Below, in pieces: positions 28,770 to 41,257 of a stretch of 64,000 nucleotides of DNA (its first letter is position 1; each line of letters opens with the position of its first letter). The notes under the pieces were generated by a model. It did not search any database. It saw only the letters and a list, made by a program, of their open reading frames with translations, and had not been told where the DNA came from. This stretch comes from the human T2T-CHM13v2.0 reference genome, Homo sapiens: assembly GCF_009914755.1 (NCBI RefSeq), contig NC_060931.1; one strand, written 5' to 3'. The translations under genes were made by a program, and so were the position numbers.

Positions 28770-31050
28770 CTATTTAGAAAATGAAAAGACAAAGGAAAGG
28801 AGGAGATAAGATGACCTTCCACATTAAGGCACTGGAAAGTATAGCAAAATAAACCTAAAGCCAGCAGAAGGAAGAAAATAAAAATTAGAGAAATTAATAA
28901 TTTATAATATTAATCATATTTGTTAGTATTGACTAATTGATATTAATTCTTGACTGACTTTTTTTAAAAAGAGAAATATTCCCTTCCCAATTTATTCTGT
29001 GGGGCCAGTGTTACCTTGATACAAAAATTAGTCCAAATAGCATAGAAAAATAAAACTACTATAAGTATAAATGCAAAATTCCTTAAAAAATACTAAAAAA
29101 TCAGATCTAGCAACATATAAAAGAATTATACACTATGACAAAGTGAAATTTATACTAGTAATCTCAGGTTGGTTTAACAGCCCAAAATCCATTAAGGTAA
29201 TACATCTTATCCATAGAATAAGAAACGAGAATTGCATGATCATCTCGATAGATTCCGAAAAGACATTTAACAAAATCCAAATGCTTTAATGATTAAAAAT
29301 AAAAATAAAAACTCAATGAACCAGGAAGAGAGAACTTTCTACACCAGATACATGGCACCTGCGAAAAGCCAACAGCAAGCATGCAACTTAATGGTAAAGG
29401 ATGCTTTCCCGCTATGGTCAGAGATAAGAATAGGATATATAATTGGACCTCTTCTAGTTAACACTGTACTAAAGATTTTATGCAGGGCAAATCGGCAACT
29501 AAAAAAAAAGAGTCACCCATATTGAATAGGAAGAAATAAAATTTTATTTGAAAATAACATTCTTGTATATAGAAAATTTTAAGGAATCCACTGAACGATA
29601 GAACTCGTAAATTATTTCAGCAATATTACAGCATACAAGATAAATGTACAAAAAAATCAATTGCACACACCTACAATGAAAACCCCAAAATGAAATTAAG
29701 AAAACACTTCAATTTAAAATAGCATCAAAAAAATAAATAATAATTAATTTGGAAAATGTGATACAAGATTTTACTCTGAAAATTAAAAATTATTGTTTAA
29801 AGAATATCTAAATAATTAGCAAACATCTTCCACCCATGAACTGGAAGATTTAATATTGTAGTACTTTGCAAGTTGAACTACAGATTTGACGTAATCCCTG
29901 CAAGTATCCCAACAGACTTCTGTCTAGAAACGGACAAGCTGATTCTAAAATACACATGGGATTGTAAGGGACTCAAAATAGCCAAAATAGTCTTGATAAA
30001 AGAAAACATATTAGGATAACTCACACCCCCGTGCTCCAAACCTTACGGCAAAGCATCAGTAATCAAGACAACAAAATACTGATGAAGGAAAAATATATAG
30101 ATTGATGGAAGAGAATTGAGAGTCCATATATAAAACTATGTATCTATAGTCAATGGATTCTTAAAGTGGTGCCATGTGCAATTCAATGAGGAAGAGACAG
30201 TCTTTGAACAAACTGGGTCAACAATGTACACGTGGATCGCCACTTGCAAAATAGTAAATTGGAAGCCTTACCCCAAAGCATACAAAAATATTAACTCAAA
30301 TGAATTAAAGACATGCATGCAAGAGCTTGAATAAAGCATATGCAAAAATCTTCAGGATTTTGGATCTAGCAAAGAAATAGCTGTAACCCCAAAAACATGA
30401 GCAACAAAATAAAAATTAGATATTTAAAATTTCTTAAAAATTAAAGACATTGGTGTTTCAAAGGACAACCAAGCAAGTCAAAAGGCAGCTCAAAAATTGT
30501 GAGAAAATATTTGAGAAACACATATCTATATGTCTGCATATATATGTATCTTGAATATAGAAAAATTGTTTTAATTCAGTAACAAAAATCCCAACTCAAA
30601 ACTGATAAATGATAGGAATAGATGTGTAGCCCAAGAAGATACATGAACGGTCAATAATCCCATAAAAACATACTCAACAACATCACTCATCAGGCAACTA
30701 CAAATCAAAACCACAGTTAAATACTCTATGGCTAGAACTGGCCACTTTGGAAAATAGGTTGATGGCTTCTAAATATATGAAACATAGAATTGTCATATGA
30801 CCCAGAAATGTATTCCTAGGTATACCCCCAGAGTATACAGATTTGTGGTTGCTTAGGATTGAGTAGGGGATGAGTGCATAGGAGGGTAACAGCTAGAGAA
30901 GGTGGGGTTTCTTTTTGAAGTGATGAAAATGCTCTAAAATTCATTGTGCTGATGGCTCCACTTATCTGTGTATATACTAAAAGCCATTGACTTGTAGACA
31001 TTAATATGCGCACTCTACAGTATGTAAATTATATCTCAATAAATCCTTTC
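28770..31050 (+). mobile_element. Old L1M (L1MB-like) ORF2 remnant plus 3' end, with internal deletions
   Basis: Degenerate ORF2 peptides (HYDKVKFI..GWFN..KSIKVIHLIHRIRNENCMIISIDSEKTFNKIQ) and an L1MB-type 3' end GTGATGAAAATGCTCTAAAATT...TATATCTCAATAAA. Confidence 0.85.
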
Positions 31051-31084
31051 AAAAATACACAAAAGACTAATGGGTTTTGGAATG

Positions 31085-31402
31085 TTGCAGCTGGGAGGCA
31101 GTTTGAAATACTGAATAGGTCTCATCGAGAATGTGAGGTTTCAGTAAAGACTTGAGGAAGTTGAATGAGCTGATCAATGCATATATGGAAGGTTATCTTT
31201 CAAAGCCAAGAAATTAACTAGAGTCTTGGTCATAAGACAGCAGCATGTTGGCATGTCCAGAGGAGAGTGAGGTGGCCAGGACCACTGGTAAGATCAAGGG
31301 TGAAGACATAAAAGAATTTTGGCGGTTAACATGCGGCAGATCACGATGGGCTTGCAGAGCATTGTAAGAATTGTATCTTTTAGTGTAAATGAAATGAGGA
31401 GA
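31085..31402 (-). mobile_element. L2 fragment
   Basis: GGTCTCATCGAGAATGTGAGGTTTCAGTAAAGACTTGAGG...GCAGATCACGATGGGCTTGCAGAGCATTGTAAG resembles antisense L2. Confidence 0.6.
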
Positions 31403-33112
31403 CAAATCATTATCCCATTATCAATATTTTAATAAATTGGATCCATGAACCAAATCCAATGAGATTAAATCAATTAGTAATAATATGCAAATTTGTATTA
31501 AAATTACAAGAATTCCTTGCACATTTGAGAACAGGAGAGTCATGATTGTTTATCAGCAATAATAAACTATTAATTTTAATTGTCATCAGCTAATTGAGAT
31601 TAATTGCAATACATCATGCTTTATAATGTGACTGTCAAAAGGAAAATATGATTGTAATCTTATACTACATCTATCAATGTCTTTGATTCATAGGTCTATA
31701 GAATAAGCCCCTAGTTTTCAAAGCCAACTGATGAGGCAGCGACATCTTATGCAAGTTTGCTGCTTTCTGCCACAGTGGTCCTTGGTCAGCTGGCACAAAT
31801 TGTTTTACCAACACCACTAGGTCTAAAAAACGTTTGGATCACAATGAACACAGAAACACCTTCATCCCTTCAGAAATACCTATCAATTAGTTCCAACACA
31901 GAATGAAAAATTGACAACGGAAGTATGTTGATTGTAAAAATGCCAGATAGCTTGCATCTACATGAAAGAAAAATGCCATTTTTATTACATTAGATCATTG
32001 TTTTACATGAGTTTTGGTATAGCACAATGTTGCACCAAGGGCAAAGAGAGATGAATTAATGAAGTCTTAAGATATCAAGAATTTGAAAGAAAAGGCAGGT
32101 CATCTTTGAAGGTTAGTGACATAGCATTCATCTTCTGTTGTCACCTTTTCCGTCATTCCCTGTATGCCTGATGGACCGCTTTCACTCAAGTTCAGAGAAC
32201 AGCATGCAAAGATTAGCTACCAACTTTTTGTTATGAAGTGAGCTTAAATTCAAGCCAGACTGAGCTTACGTTTTAGCAGGAAGCATTTTTGGGAAATGTT
32301 TATGTTAGAGATTGCCCTTCTTGACAAGGTGAGACATAAATGTCTACTTTATAAACATGAATTTATATGGGAAGATATTTGAGGGAAACATTTTCTCAAA
32401 TGCTAAATAACAAAGGTACACAAAGGGGAAATTATACTAGATTTATTTCCCACTTGTTTTCTATGTCTCATGCAATTCACCTTGATTCCCTTCAGTTTCT
32501 GTTTAATGTAGAAAGCGGCGTTTTCATTATTTTAAGCTTCTAGCACAATGAAAGTATTTCTCTTTTTCATGAACTGCATCATAAATGAAAGGGAGGAAGA
32601 GTGTCCAATATCATATTTATTGTTCAACAAAACACTGCTCCACTGCTTAAATTCGGTTTAAAAAAGAGAATTTATTGAACATCTAACACATACATAAAAG
32701 GCAGTAAAGACAAATGAGAAGAGGGCAGGATATTGAAGTATACAGACTTTAATGCTAAGTTTTGTATCTTAGTAAGTTACTGCACCTTACAGAGACTCAA
32801 TTCCCCCTGATTTAGGAAGGCGATGCTAATGGGTATTGCATAGGTGTAAGTATAAAAATGTTGTATTTAAGAGAATCCCACAAGCTTGGTATAAGGCAGA
32901 AAATAAATAGGTGTGACATTCATGAGTAGTTTATTACATTTGTACGCTACCTGCAGACTAGAGGAAGCAAGAAACACAGCCACAATGCTTGATTAGCATT
33001 ATATTCTAATTTGGAATATAAATAGAAAAGAGAAAAATAGAAAGCTATGCATAAACACATGCATTAAAATGAATTTTATGTGGACTCTTTCAGGAAAATG
33101 TTCCTAAGGTAG

Positions 33113-33775
33113 TTTATTTTTTTATTGTGGTAAAATACACATAACATAAAATGTACTCTGTTAACCATTTTAAGTGTACAGTTCAGTGGTACTAGAGTCA
33201 TAACATTGTGCAGCCATCACTACCACCCATCTCCATAACTCGTTTCAACTTGTGAAACTGAAACTCTATACCCATTAAACAGTATTTCCCCATGTCTTCC
33301 TCTCCCCAGCTTCTGGCAATCATCGTTTTAGTATCTCTGTGATTCTGTCCCTTTTAAGTCTCTTATACAAATGGAATTATACTGTATTTGTCCTTCACTG
33401 ACTAACTTATTTCACTTGGCATAATATCCTCAAGTTTCATCCAAGTTGCAATATATGTCAGTATATTTCCCTCATGATTAAGGCTGAATAATTTTCCATT
33501 GTATGTATGTATCATGTTTTGCTTATCCATTCATCTGTTGTTGAACACTTCAATTGCTTCTACGTTTTAGCTATTGCCAATAATGGTGCTGCAAACATGG
33601 ATGTGCAAATATTTTTTCAAGACTCTGCTTTGAATTCTTTTGCTATCTTGAGATGTGGGGCTGCCGAATCATAAGGCAATACCATTTTGATGTTTTGAGG
33701 AACTACCATACTCTTTTCCACAGCAAACATAGGGTTTGGCATTCCCTCCAATATTGCAAAATGAATCGCCACATC
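33113..33775 (-). mobile_element. L1MB-type 3' end (antisense)
   Basis: TTTATTGTGGTAAAATACACATAACATAAAAT...AAGTGTACAGTTCAGTGG...CCATTCATCTGTTGTTGAACACTT...TTTTGAGGAACTACCATACT is a typical antisense L1MB 3' end. Confidence 0.85.
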
Positions 33776-36700
33776 CTTGCCTGTGGATTTTATTCACAAT
33801 TCCTGTGGCCCTCTCTACATCCCGGCCACCATGTGTTGTTTCCTGTTTATATATATGACATCAAAGGTGCAGGAAGTAATGAACTAAATTGGAAGGATAA
33901 ACATGTAGAAAAATAGAGGTAAATACTGACTACATAAAACCATAAGAATAAGAATTTTGGATGATCTATCTATTATATATCTATTTATCTAACATCTATC
34001 TGTTCCTCCATCTGTAATTAAAATACATTACAGTTAGAGAACAGAGAAAAAAGTAGGAATACATGAATTTAAATTTTAATTCTTCTTAGATTGTCTCACA
34101 GCATCATTATAAGACAGAAAATTTATAGGTCAGTATCTGTTAACTATAAATGTAGCATTTTTAAAGTATTCAAATACATTGAATTACAGCATGAATAACA
34201 TATTACAATCCATTCAAGTTTATTTTGTTCCAGGAACACAAAAATACAAATTTCATTTGCAATTCAAGAAAAATAGAAATCGAAACATATGAGGTATATA
34301 CACATTTAATGTATTTTTAAATATACATTTTTAAAAAATAAAATTTTTCTAGGACAACTACTTAAAATATCACTGAAAATAGTGTTATTAGATAATACCT
34401 TCCTAATAACTCTGGTATTACATAAGAAAACAAAATCAAAATTTCAGAGAAGCTTAGAAACTAAAAATTTTAAAAATATTATTCTGTCCTCCATATGTTC
34501 ATATTTAATATTATTTCTTGTTTTCATTCTTCTTCAGTGTTGCTCTACTAAAATATAACATACAATAGTTACTTTTGATTTCTGTTCTTATTACTCAAAA
34601 TTGTATACATTTTCTCATGCTCTTCATTTAGCTATGCTACTTTTCTTTACTCCTGGAATTTTCACATTTGTGTTCACTCTCTTTTGAGTTCCCATAGTAT
34701 CAAATAAGCTGTTTGCCCTCTTTCTGATTTGAAGGTTCATCTTCTCATAATTATTTTGTCCATTCAGTTTCTTTTCATTCTCAGTTAAGTGCCTCTCATC
34801 TGGCTTCTTTTCATTTGTAAGGTTTCCTTTCATCTTAAGCCAGTCTTTTATTTATATTTTGATTCTGTTTTTTGGAGGACATGCTTCCCTGAATTTTAAG
34901 GGAGAGGCCAAAAGGTTTGTTCAAGTTTTTACCTGACACATTGGATTAAATTATCTAATGTACACACCCTTAATTTAAGTCTAGGGGCGACTGTGTCTAC
35001 TCTCGATTTTGTATAGTATTATTTTTCTTAACATCCAAGTCCATCTTCATCTATTTGTATATGATCAATAAAAATATATTTGTCCAGAACCCTGCTTTGG
35101 TGGAGTTACTTCTTTCTAAGTAGGAGAGGTAGCAGTTGAGACATGAGCTGGGTTCTGGGTCAGTTTAGAGGGCTGGGCGACATTCCTCCTTTTGGTCTGT
35201 ATGACTGAATGAATGCGGTTCTTGCTGTCTCGCTCCTCTCCTTAACACATTGAGCCATTGCAGCAGATGAGAAGGAATAATCCTGATCTGCCATTCAGGT
35301 GGAACACTTTTCTCTCCAACCACATCCATAGGTTGTACTCACACTCGGCCAGAATGTATCCTGTCAATCATATGGAGATGTATCTAGCTATCTAGATAGA
35401 TATCTACTTTGGTTTATGCTCTCTGGTTGCCCGTAAATTATCTCCTTAAAGTGAATATCAAAAGAGAGCTTGGTGATGGCAGTGTTATAAAATCCTCAAA
35501 TGCAGCACCCACACGCAGAGGAATTTGTAGATTCTGGGATTCTAATTCAGATACCAAACTACATAAAACGGGCATTGGTCATTGAGGGTTGCTAGGCTCT
35601 TTGTGGAGCATATTTGCTCTTTTCATGACTTTAAAATTATTTTAAAAATCTAACCTTTTTCTCAGTGTGCTGCAAGATGATTTGATTTTAATGCACAAGC
35701 ACTAATTCTCCCCTAAGGTTTGTACAATATATTTGCTCTGACAAGCCATAGCCAGCAACTCACTTCACAGCAATTTATAGCATTTCCACGACAATTTGAA
35801 TTATTTTTAACTAGACTCTCTTTGCCTTAATAAAAATATGAAGAAACAATATACTTGTTCTAGTTAGGTTCAAAAGTTGGCAGTCTCTCTCCTGGAAAGA
35901 ATAATAAAACTTTTCAGCGGCCTAATATGCATCTATAGACACACACACATGCAAGCACTATTCATAATATTTAAAGCACATTCTGTTCTATGACTTCATT
36001 TGTCTAGCACAAAATAAAACGATCTCAGTATATGTCAAGTACCAATTTTTTTCGTATGGCCAATTATAGGTATTTTATTTTTTTAAAGATTAGAGTGTTC
36101 TTGAAGCTCTTTCTATTTCTTTGTCAATGAACTAAACATTGGCAAATATGTAGGGTTTCCCACATAAGAACATTATTAACATCAAAATAGAAAGCTGGTG
36201 GCAGAAATAATGATTGGGAACACAGAGTCTCTACTCAGCGTTCTACTTCTGCCATACCATAACTTTGTGATCTCACGAAATATCTCTCCATGTTCTCATC
36301 CCTATGTATAGTTCTGTCATTTTTCAATAAGAGCTTCTTGCTTAATTATGAAGTACTAGTTACTATACCCATTATTTTGAGCTTCATGTAAATCAAGAAC
36401 ACACGGACTGCACTTGCAAAACATTGAAAATGTAGTTAGGGATTGGGGGCACAAAGCAACATTTTAAAATGTGTAAAGACAATGAGTAAGCAACAAAGTG
36501 TCCAATTTTTTAGGTGAAAGTTGCATACGTCAGGAAAAGCCAGGATTAAGTAACAGAGAATTTGAACGATAACTGGCCAATTGGTGTCGTTTACAATTGC
36601 AAGTCATACAAATGAAGTTTGCTTTTTAAAGAGAAAAGGAGTTAGTTAGAATGGGTCAACCTATTGGGGAAGCAATGTAGTTAGAGACAATGCCCAAAAC

Positions 36701-37720
36701 CATGTGAGCAAATGCTCTGTAGAGCGCACCCCTGCAATGCTGCCATTGTGAGGCCAAGTCTCTCCTTGTCTTGGTACTGAGCCCTCCATTCTGTCTCCAT
36801 CATTGCCACTGTAGCTGCCACAAAATGATCCCTCAACCACCGCTGCCCAGGAACAAAGAAAGAATTCTGTCCTTCCGCGCTCTCAGATCAATTTCCAACA
36901 TCAGGTGAGACTTTGATGGGCACTATTCAGTTCCCATATCCCTGAAATAGATGCAGTAAAAACAGAAACTGCCTATGTGTTTCCCAATAAGACACATATG
37001 GAAGCCTGTTTTCCCACGACAGGAAGGGGTTTCCACGATGGGTGCTCAAAGGAACAATATTCCCTGTAAACCATACTTTGCCCATATGAAGAAGAGCAAT
37101 AAGGATTATATAGTAAATAGACATGGAAACTCATCCAGGGTTGGCTGATGAGAAGCTGGTTAGCAAGGGGTGTGCCTTCAGTTAGGACAAGGTCTGTGCT
37201 TCCCACGGGTTCTCTCCACAGCAGGAGGGATGCAATCTTCCCTTTCCTCCCCTGCACCTACCCTCAAATGGCCCAGAGGTCTTCAGGAGCTAGAATTTCT
37301 CAATTAATGCTGCACAAAATAACAGACAGCCTTGACTGGCACTGTCTGTTCTCATGAAGCTAGTCTCTGCTTACTACATAAAACAGAAGTGTAAGAACAA
37401 GGGTGTTAAACACTACCCTAGCTCAAACAAGTTTCTCTCTGTAGGATGCCAAGAACCTGGGAACCAGTGCATCTGTTGCTTTCCCTTCTCAGATTCTAGC
37501 CCAGACACAAGAGGCAAGGGGCATTTCTTCAGAGGCCTTGAGCTTCACTACACAATGACCCAGGCTCTACATGCACCCTCTTTATATATTTCTACCTCGA
37601 AAAAAATTTTTATATAATATTAATAATATATATTTTTACATAAGGAACACATATGTTTATTTTATAGATACATATAGATATACATAGATAAAGATCTCTA
37701 GTCTGCCTTTTTGAAGGCTG

Positions 37721-38011
37721 GGCTGATCGCGGTGCCCCAAAACTATAATCCCAGCACTTTGGGAGGCCAAGGTGGCCAGATCTCTTGAGTCCAGGAGATG
37801 GAGATCAGCCAGGGCAACATGGTGAAACCCTATCTTTACAAAAATTAGCTAGTATGGTGTCATGCACTTGCAGTCCCTGCTACTCAGGAGACTGAGGTGG
37901 GAGAATCGCTTGAACACAGTATGTGAAGGCTTCAGTGAGCTCTGATCACATGACTGCACTCCATCTTGGGTGACAAAGTGAGACCCTCTCTCAAAATAAA
38001 ATAAAATAAAA
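37721..38011 (+). mobile_element. AluJ
   Basis: Dimeric Alu with J-type CTCTTGAGTCCAGGAG and GTGAGACCCTCTCTC, an (AAAAT)n tail and a probable TSD AAGGCT. Confidence 0.9.
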
Positions 38012-38684
38012 AGGCTACCACCATACTCACAGTTAAGTGTGTCAGGTATATTTGCAGCTATCTTTCCTATATTCTATTTGGTAAAAAAAAAAAATTGCAA
38101 AGAACTCTTCTCATTCTAGATTTTTGTATTAATTAGACATTTGAAGTTTATAGCAGAAGAGCTATAATCATGTTTGGTATGTGTACTCTATAGACCAGAT
38201 AGTGCACACATATATCAATGCTTTTTAAAAGTATATAAGGTTATTAGAAATATTTTAAAATACCTATAGGTATATATGTATCTAGTTGAACTATCAAATG
38301 CAAGTAAGATCATTTCCTTAGCGTGTGAAATGCACTCAATTTATTAAAATATTTTCTAATGTCTATTACAATAATATTTCTTAATTAGCTAACATAAGAG
38401 GAGTTTTAAGACATTTATTTATATGTACTTACTAGATTCAAACTCGATTCCACTATTTTCAGAAATCATGCTCCGAGACAAGTCCTTTTTTTATCTAACT
38501 ATGTTTCTACCTATATTAAAAGACAGATATGTCAATTTTGCTAATCATGCTGTTCCAAACCTCTCCATCCTATTTTTCGGTTTGTTCTATCAGTCATTCA
38601 AAGACTTACTTATATTCAAATTTCTCTCTAGGTTTAACATTTGTGTATGTCTTCTTGTGTTTTTTTCTATTTTTGCTGTATATA

Positions 38685-39030
38685 ATTTAAGACATTTATT
38701 GACATATATCATACATGCAGAAAAGTACAATGATTAAATATGGATAGCTTCATTAATGAAACACATGTATTTGCTTATAACCATGTATGAAAATAGAACA
38801 TTACTAAAAATAGAGATACTTCTCCTGCCCCTTTCCAAACACTAACCCTCATCCTCAATAGTAACAAATTTTATCATAGAGTAATTTGGTCTATTTTCAA
38901 ATTTTTATTAAATAAATCAGAGTATCTACTCTAAGTCTATGTTTCTTTCACTGTTGTTATTTTGCTTATAGTATTTATCTGCTAATGGACATGGTAGATT
39001 AAAGACGGCTACATACACATTTTTTAATTA
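38685..39030 (-). mobile_element. Old L1ME-like 3' fragment
   Basis: TTTATTGACATATATCATACATGCAGAAAAGTACA...AAAATAGAACATTAC...CTCCTGCCCCTTTCC resembles antisense L1ME 3' UTR. Confidence 0.5.
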
Positions 39031-39047
39031 ATAGATTTTTTGAGCAC

Positions 39048-39177
39048 TCTGTGGCTCATGCCTCTAATCCCACCACTTTGGGAGGCTGAGGTGCATGGAT
39101 CATGAGGTCAGGAGATCGAGACCATCCTGGCCAACGTGGTAAAACCCCTTCTCTACTAAAATACAAAAAATTAGCTG
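39048..39177 (+). mobile_element. AluS (Sc-like) left monomer, truncated at the start of the right arm
   Basis: GTGGCTCATGCCT...GGATCATGAGGTCAGGAGATCGAGACCATCCTGGCCAAC...CTACTAAAATACAAAAAATTAGCTG, then unrelated sequence. Confidence 0.9.
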
Positions 39178-39321
39178 ATAGATAACATCAAGATAACATG
39201 TGGGTTCTTAGCTGCACTGAGTCAAGCCTACTTACATCTTTGTTTGTCTTCCTCTGCACTTTTCCTTCCACATCACACTCCAGGAATGCCAAGCTGTGCT
39301 GGCATTCTACCCGATTTCGAC

Positions 39322-40582
39322 TATTTTGCCCCCGCCAACGCGGCTTTTTGCCGCCGTGGATTTTTGACCCCGCCGCTGCGGGTTTTTGTTGCTTTCTGCC
39401 CCCGCCGCCGTGGCTTTCTGCCCCCGGCCTCGCGGAATTTAGCCCCTGCCGCCAAGGCTTTTTGGGGCTCTTTGCCCTCGCCGCCGTGGCTTTTTGCCCC
39501 CGCAGCTTTTTGCGTCTTTCTCCCCCCGCCGCCGCGGCTTTTTGCCCCAGAAGCCACAGCTTTTTACCCTCACCGCCGCGGCTTTTTGCGGCTTTTTTCC
39601 CCCTGCTGCCGCAGCTTTTTGCCCCCGCCACCGCGAATTTTTCTGCCGCGGCTTTTTGTCACCACCGCCATGGCTTTTTGTGGCTTTTGGCCCCCGGCGC
39701 CGCGGCTTTTTACTGCTTTACGCCCCCGCCGCCGCCACAGGTTTTTCCCGCCGCGGCTTCTTGCCCCGCCTCCCCGGCTTTTTGTGGCTTTTTGCCCCCG
39801 CGGCTTTTTGGCCTCGCCGCCGCGCCTCCTTGCCCCCTACGTGGCTTCCTGCCCCCTCCGCCACAGCTTTTTATCACCCCAGCCGATTTTTGCCCCCGCC
39901 GTCGTGGCTTTTTGCCGTCCCTGCTTTTTGCCCCCTCTGCCGCGGCTTTTTGGGGCTTTTTACCCACTCTGCCGTGGCTTTTTGCAGCTTTTGGCACCAG
40001 ACACCGTGGCTTTTTGAAGCTTTTTGCCCCCGCCGCCGCGGCTTTATGCCGCCGCCGCACCGTTTTGCCCCCGCCGCCACATCTTTTTGCCGCCGTGGCT
40101 TCTTACCCCGCCACCGCGGCTTTTTGACCCCGCTGTCGCGGCTTTCTGACCCCGACGATGCGGCTTTTTATGGCTTTTCGCCCCCATCACCGCAGCTTTT
40201 TGCCCCCGCCGCCGCGGCTTTTTGCCCCCGCCACCGCAGCTTTTTGTCGCCGCGGCTGTTTGCCTCGGCCGCCATGGCTTGTTGCCCCCGCCGCCGTGGC
40301 ATGTTGCCCCCATCGCCCCGGCTTTTTCCCCCACCGCCCCGGCTTTTTGACCCCACCGTTGCGGCTTTTTGCGCCCGCCGCCGCAACTTTTTGCGGCTTT
40401 TTGCCCCCGCCGCCGCGGGATTTTGCCCCCATCACCGCGGCTTTTTCCCCGCCGCCGCGGCTTTTTGCCGACGCAGCTTTTTATTCCCACCGCCACAGGT
40501 TTTTACCGCTGCGGCTTTTTCACCCCGGCATCGCGGGTTTTTGCCCCCACCGCCGTGGCTTTTTGCCCCAACCGCCGCGGGT
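39322..40582 (+). repeat. GC-rich minisatellite, unit ~21-22 bp GCCCCCGCCGCCGCGGCTTTTT with ~10-bp GCGGCTTTTT variants; CpG-island-like
   Basis: Dozens of directly visible tandem degenerate copies, many containing CCGCGG. Confidence 0.95.
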
Positions 40583-40727
40583 CTGAGGGCGGGATCGGCA
40601 GACTCGGCTGCCAGATCTACCGGAGTCCTGGCTAAGGACCAGGGTCACTCCTGGTCCAGCTCTCCCGGTTCAGGGGTTCCTTGCCTAGACACCCGCGCCC
40701 CAGGCTCTGTTCCTGGGCCGCTGCAGC

Positions 40728-40958
40728 CTGCATAGAGCGGCGCTGCGCTCGGCCCCGATGGGAGGGAAGAAGGAGAGCGGTGGAGGGGGTGACACAGCTA
40801 TTGCAGAGGGAGGCGCAGGGGCCGCAGCCAGCCGGGTGCTGCAGCAGTGCGGGCAGCTCCAGAAGCTCATCGGCATCTCCGTTGGCAGCCTGCATGGGCT
40901 GCGCACCAAGTGTGCTGTGTCCAAGGACCTCACCCAGCAGGAGATATGGACCCTGCAG
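40728..40958 (+). pseudogene. KSR1: Unprocessed partial duplicate of KSR1 coding exon 1 (N-terminal coiled-coil part of the CC-SAM/CA1 domain); KSR1P-type pseudogene
   Basis: Translation (L)[76 protein letters not shown] aligns with human KSR1 as recalled: [77 protein letters not shown]. Homology stops at a phase-0 GT (40959). No exon 2 (AKLVRYICK...) is seen in the window. Confidence 0.93.
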
Positions 40959-41257
40959 GTTAAGGGGTTGGGGACCAGGGCTGGGTTCCAGCAACGGACT
41001 GGACATCTCCCTCGGGGCCCCAGTTCATTCCTGGCCGAGTTGCATCCTTGAGCCCGTGTCACCCCCTTGGAGGCTTCTCCTCCCTCCTGCACTCGCTGAT
41101 GTTGGAGCCGGAGGACCCAGGACCAGCCCTCACCTTGGGCAGGATTTGTGGGGCGGGTGCGTGTTGGGAACTGTGATGGAAGCTCGAGGGGCCCGTGGGC
41201 GGGGTGGGCTGCGCGCGGACATCCCCTTACGCCCCGAATTTCCATCTGGTGCAGCCT

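Noticed and set aside
36927-37617. Several 65-94 aa ORFs in moderately complex non-repeat sequence
   Set aside because: I recognise no protein similarity or coherent exon structure. An unrecognised pseudo-exon cannot be excluded without BLAST.
39322-40582. GC palindrome + T5 units resembling bacterial intrinsic terminators or a CRISPR-like array
   Set aside because: The DNA is human, the units are tandem without unique spacers, and there are no cas genes. The shape is a by-product of the repeat unit.
39188-40735. Long ORFs of 250-413 aa on both strands (Pro/Arg/Ala/Phe-rich)
   Set aside because: Artefact of the stop-poor GC minisatellite; low complexity and open in several frames at once.
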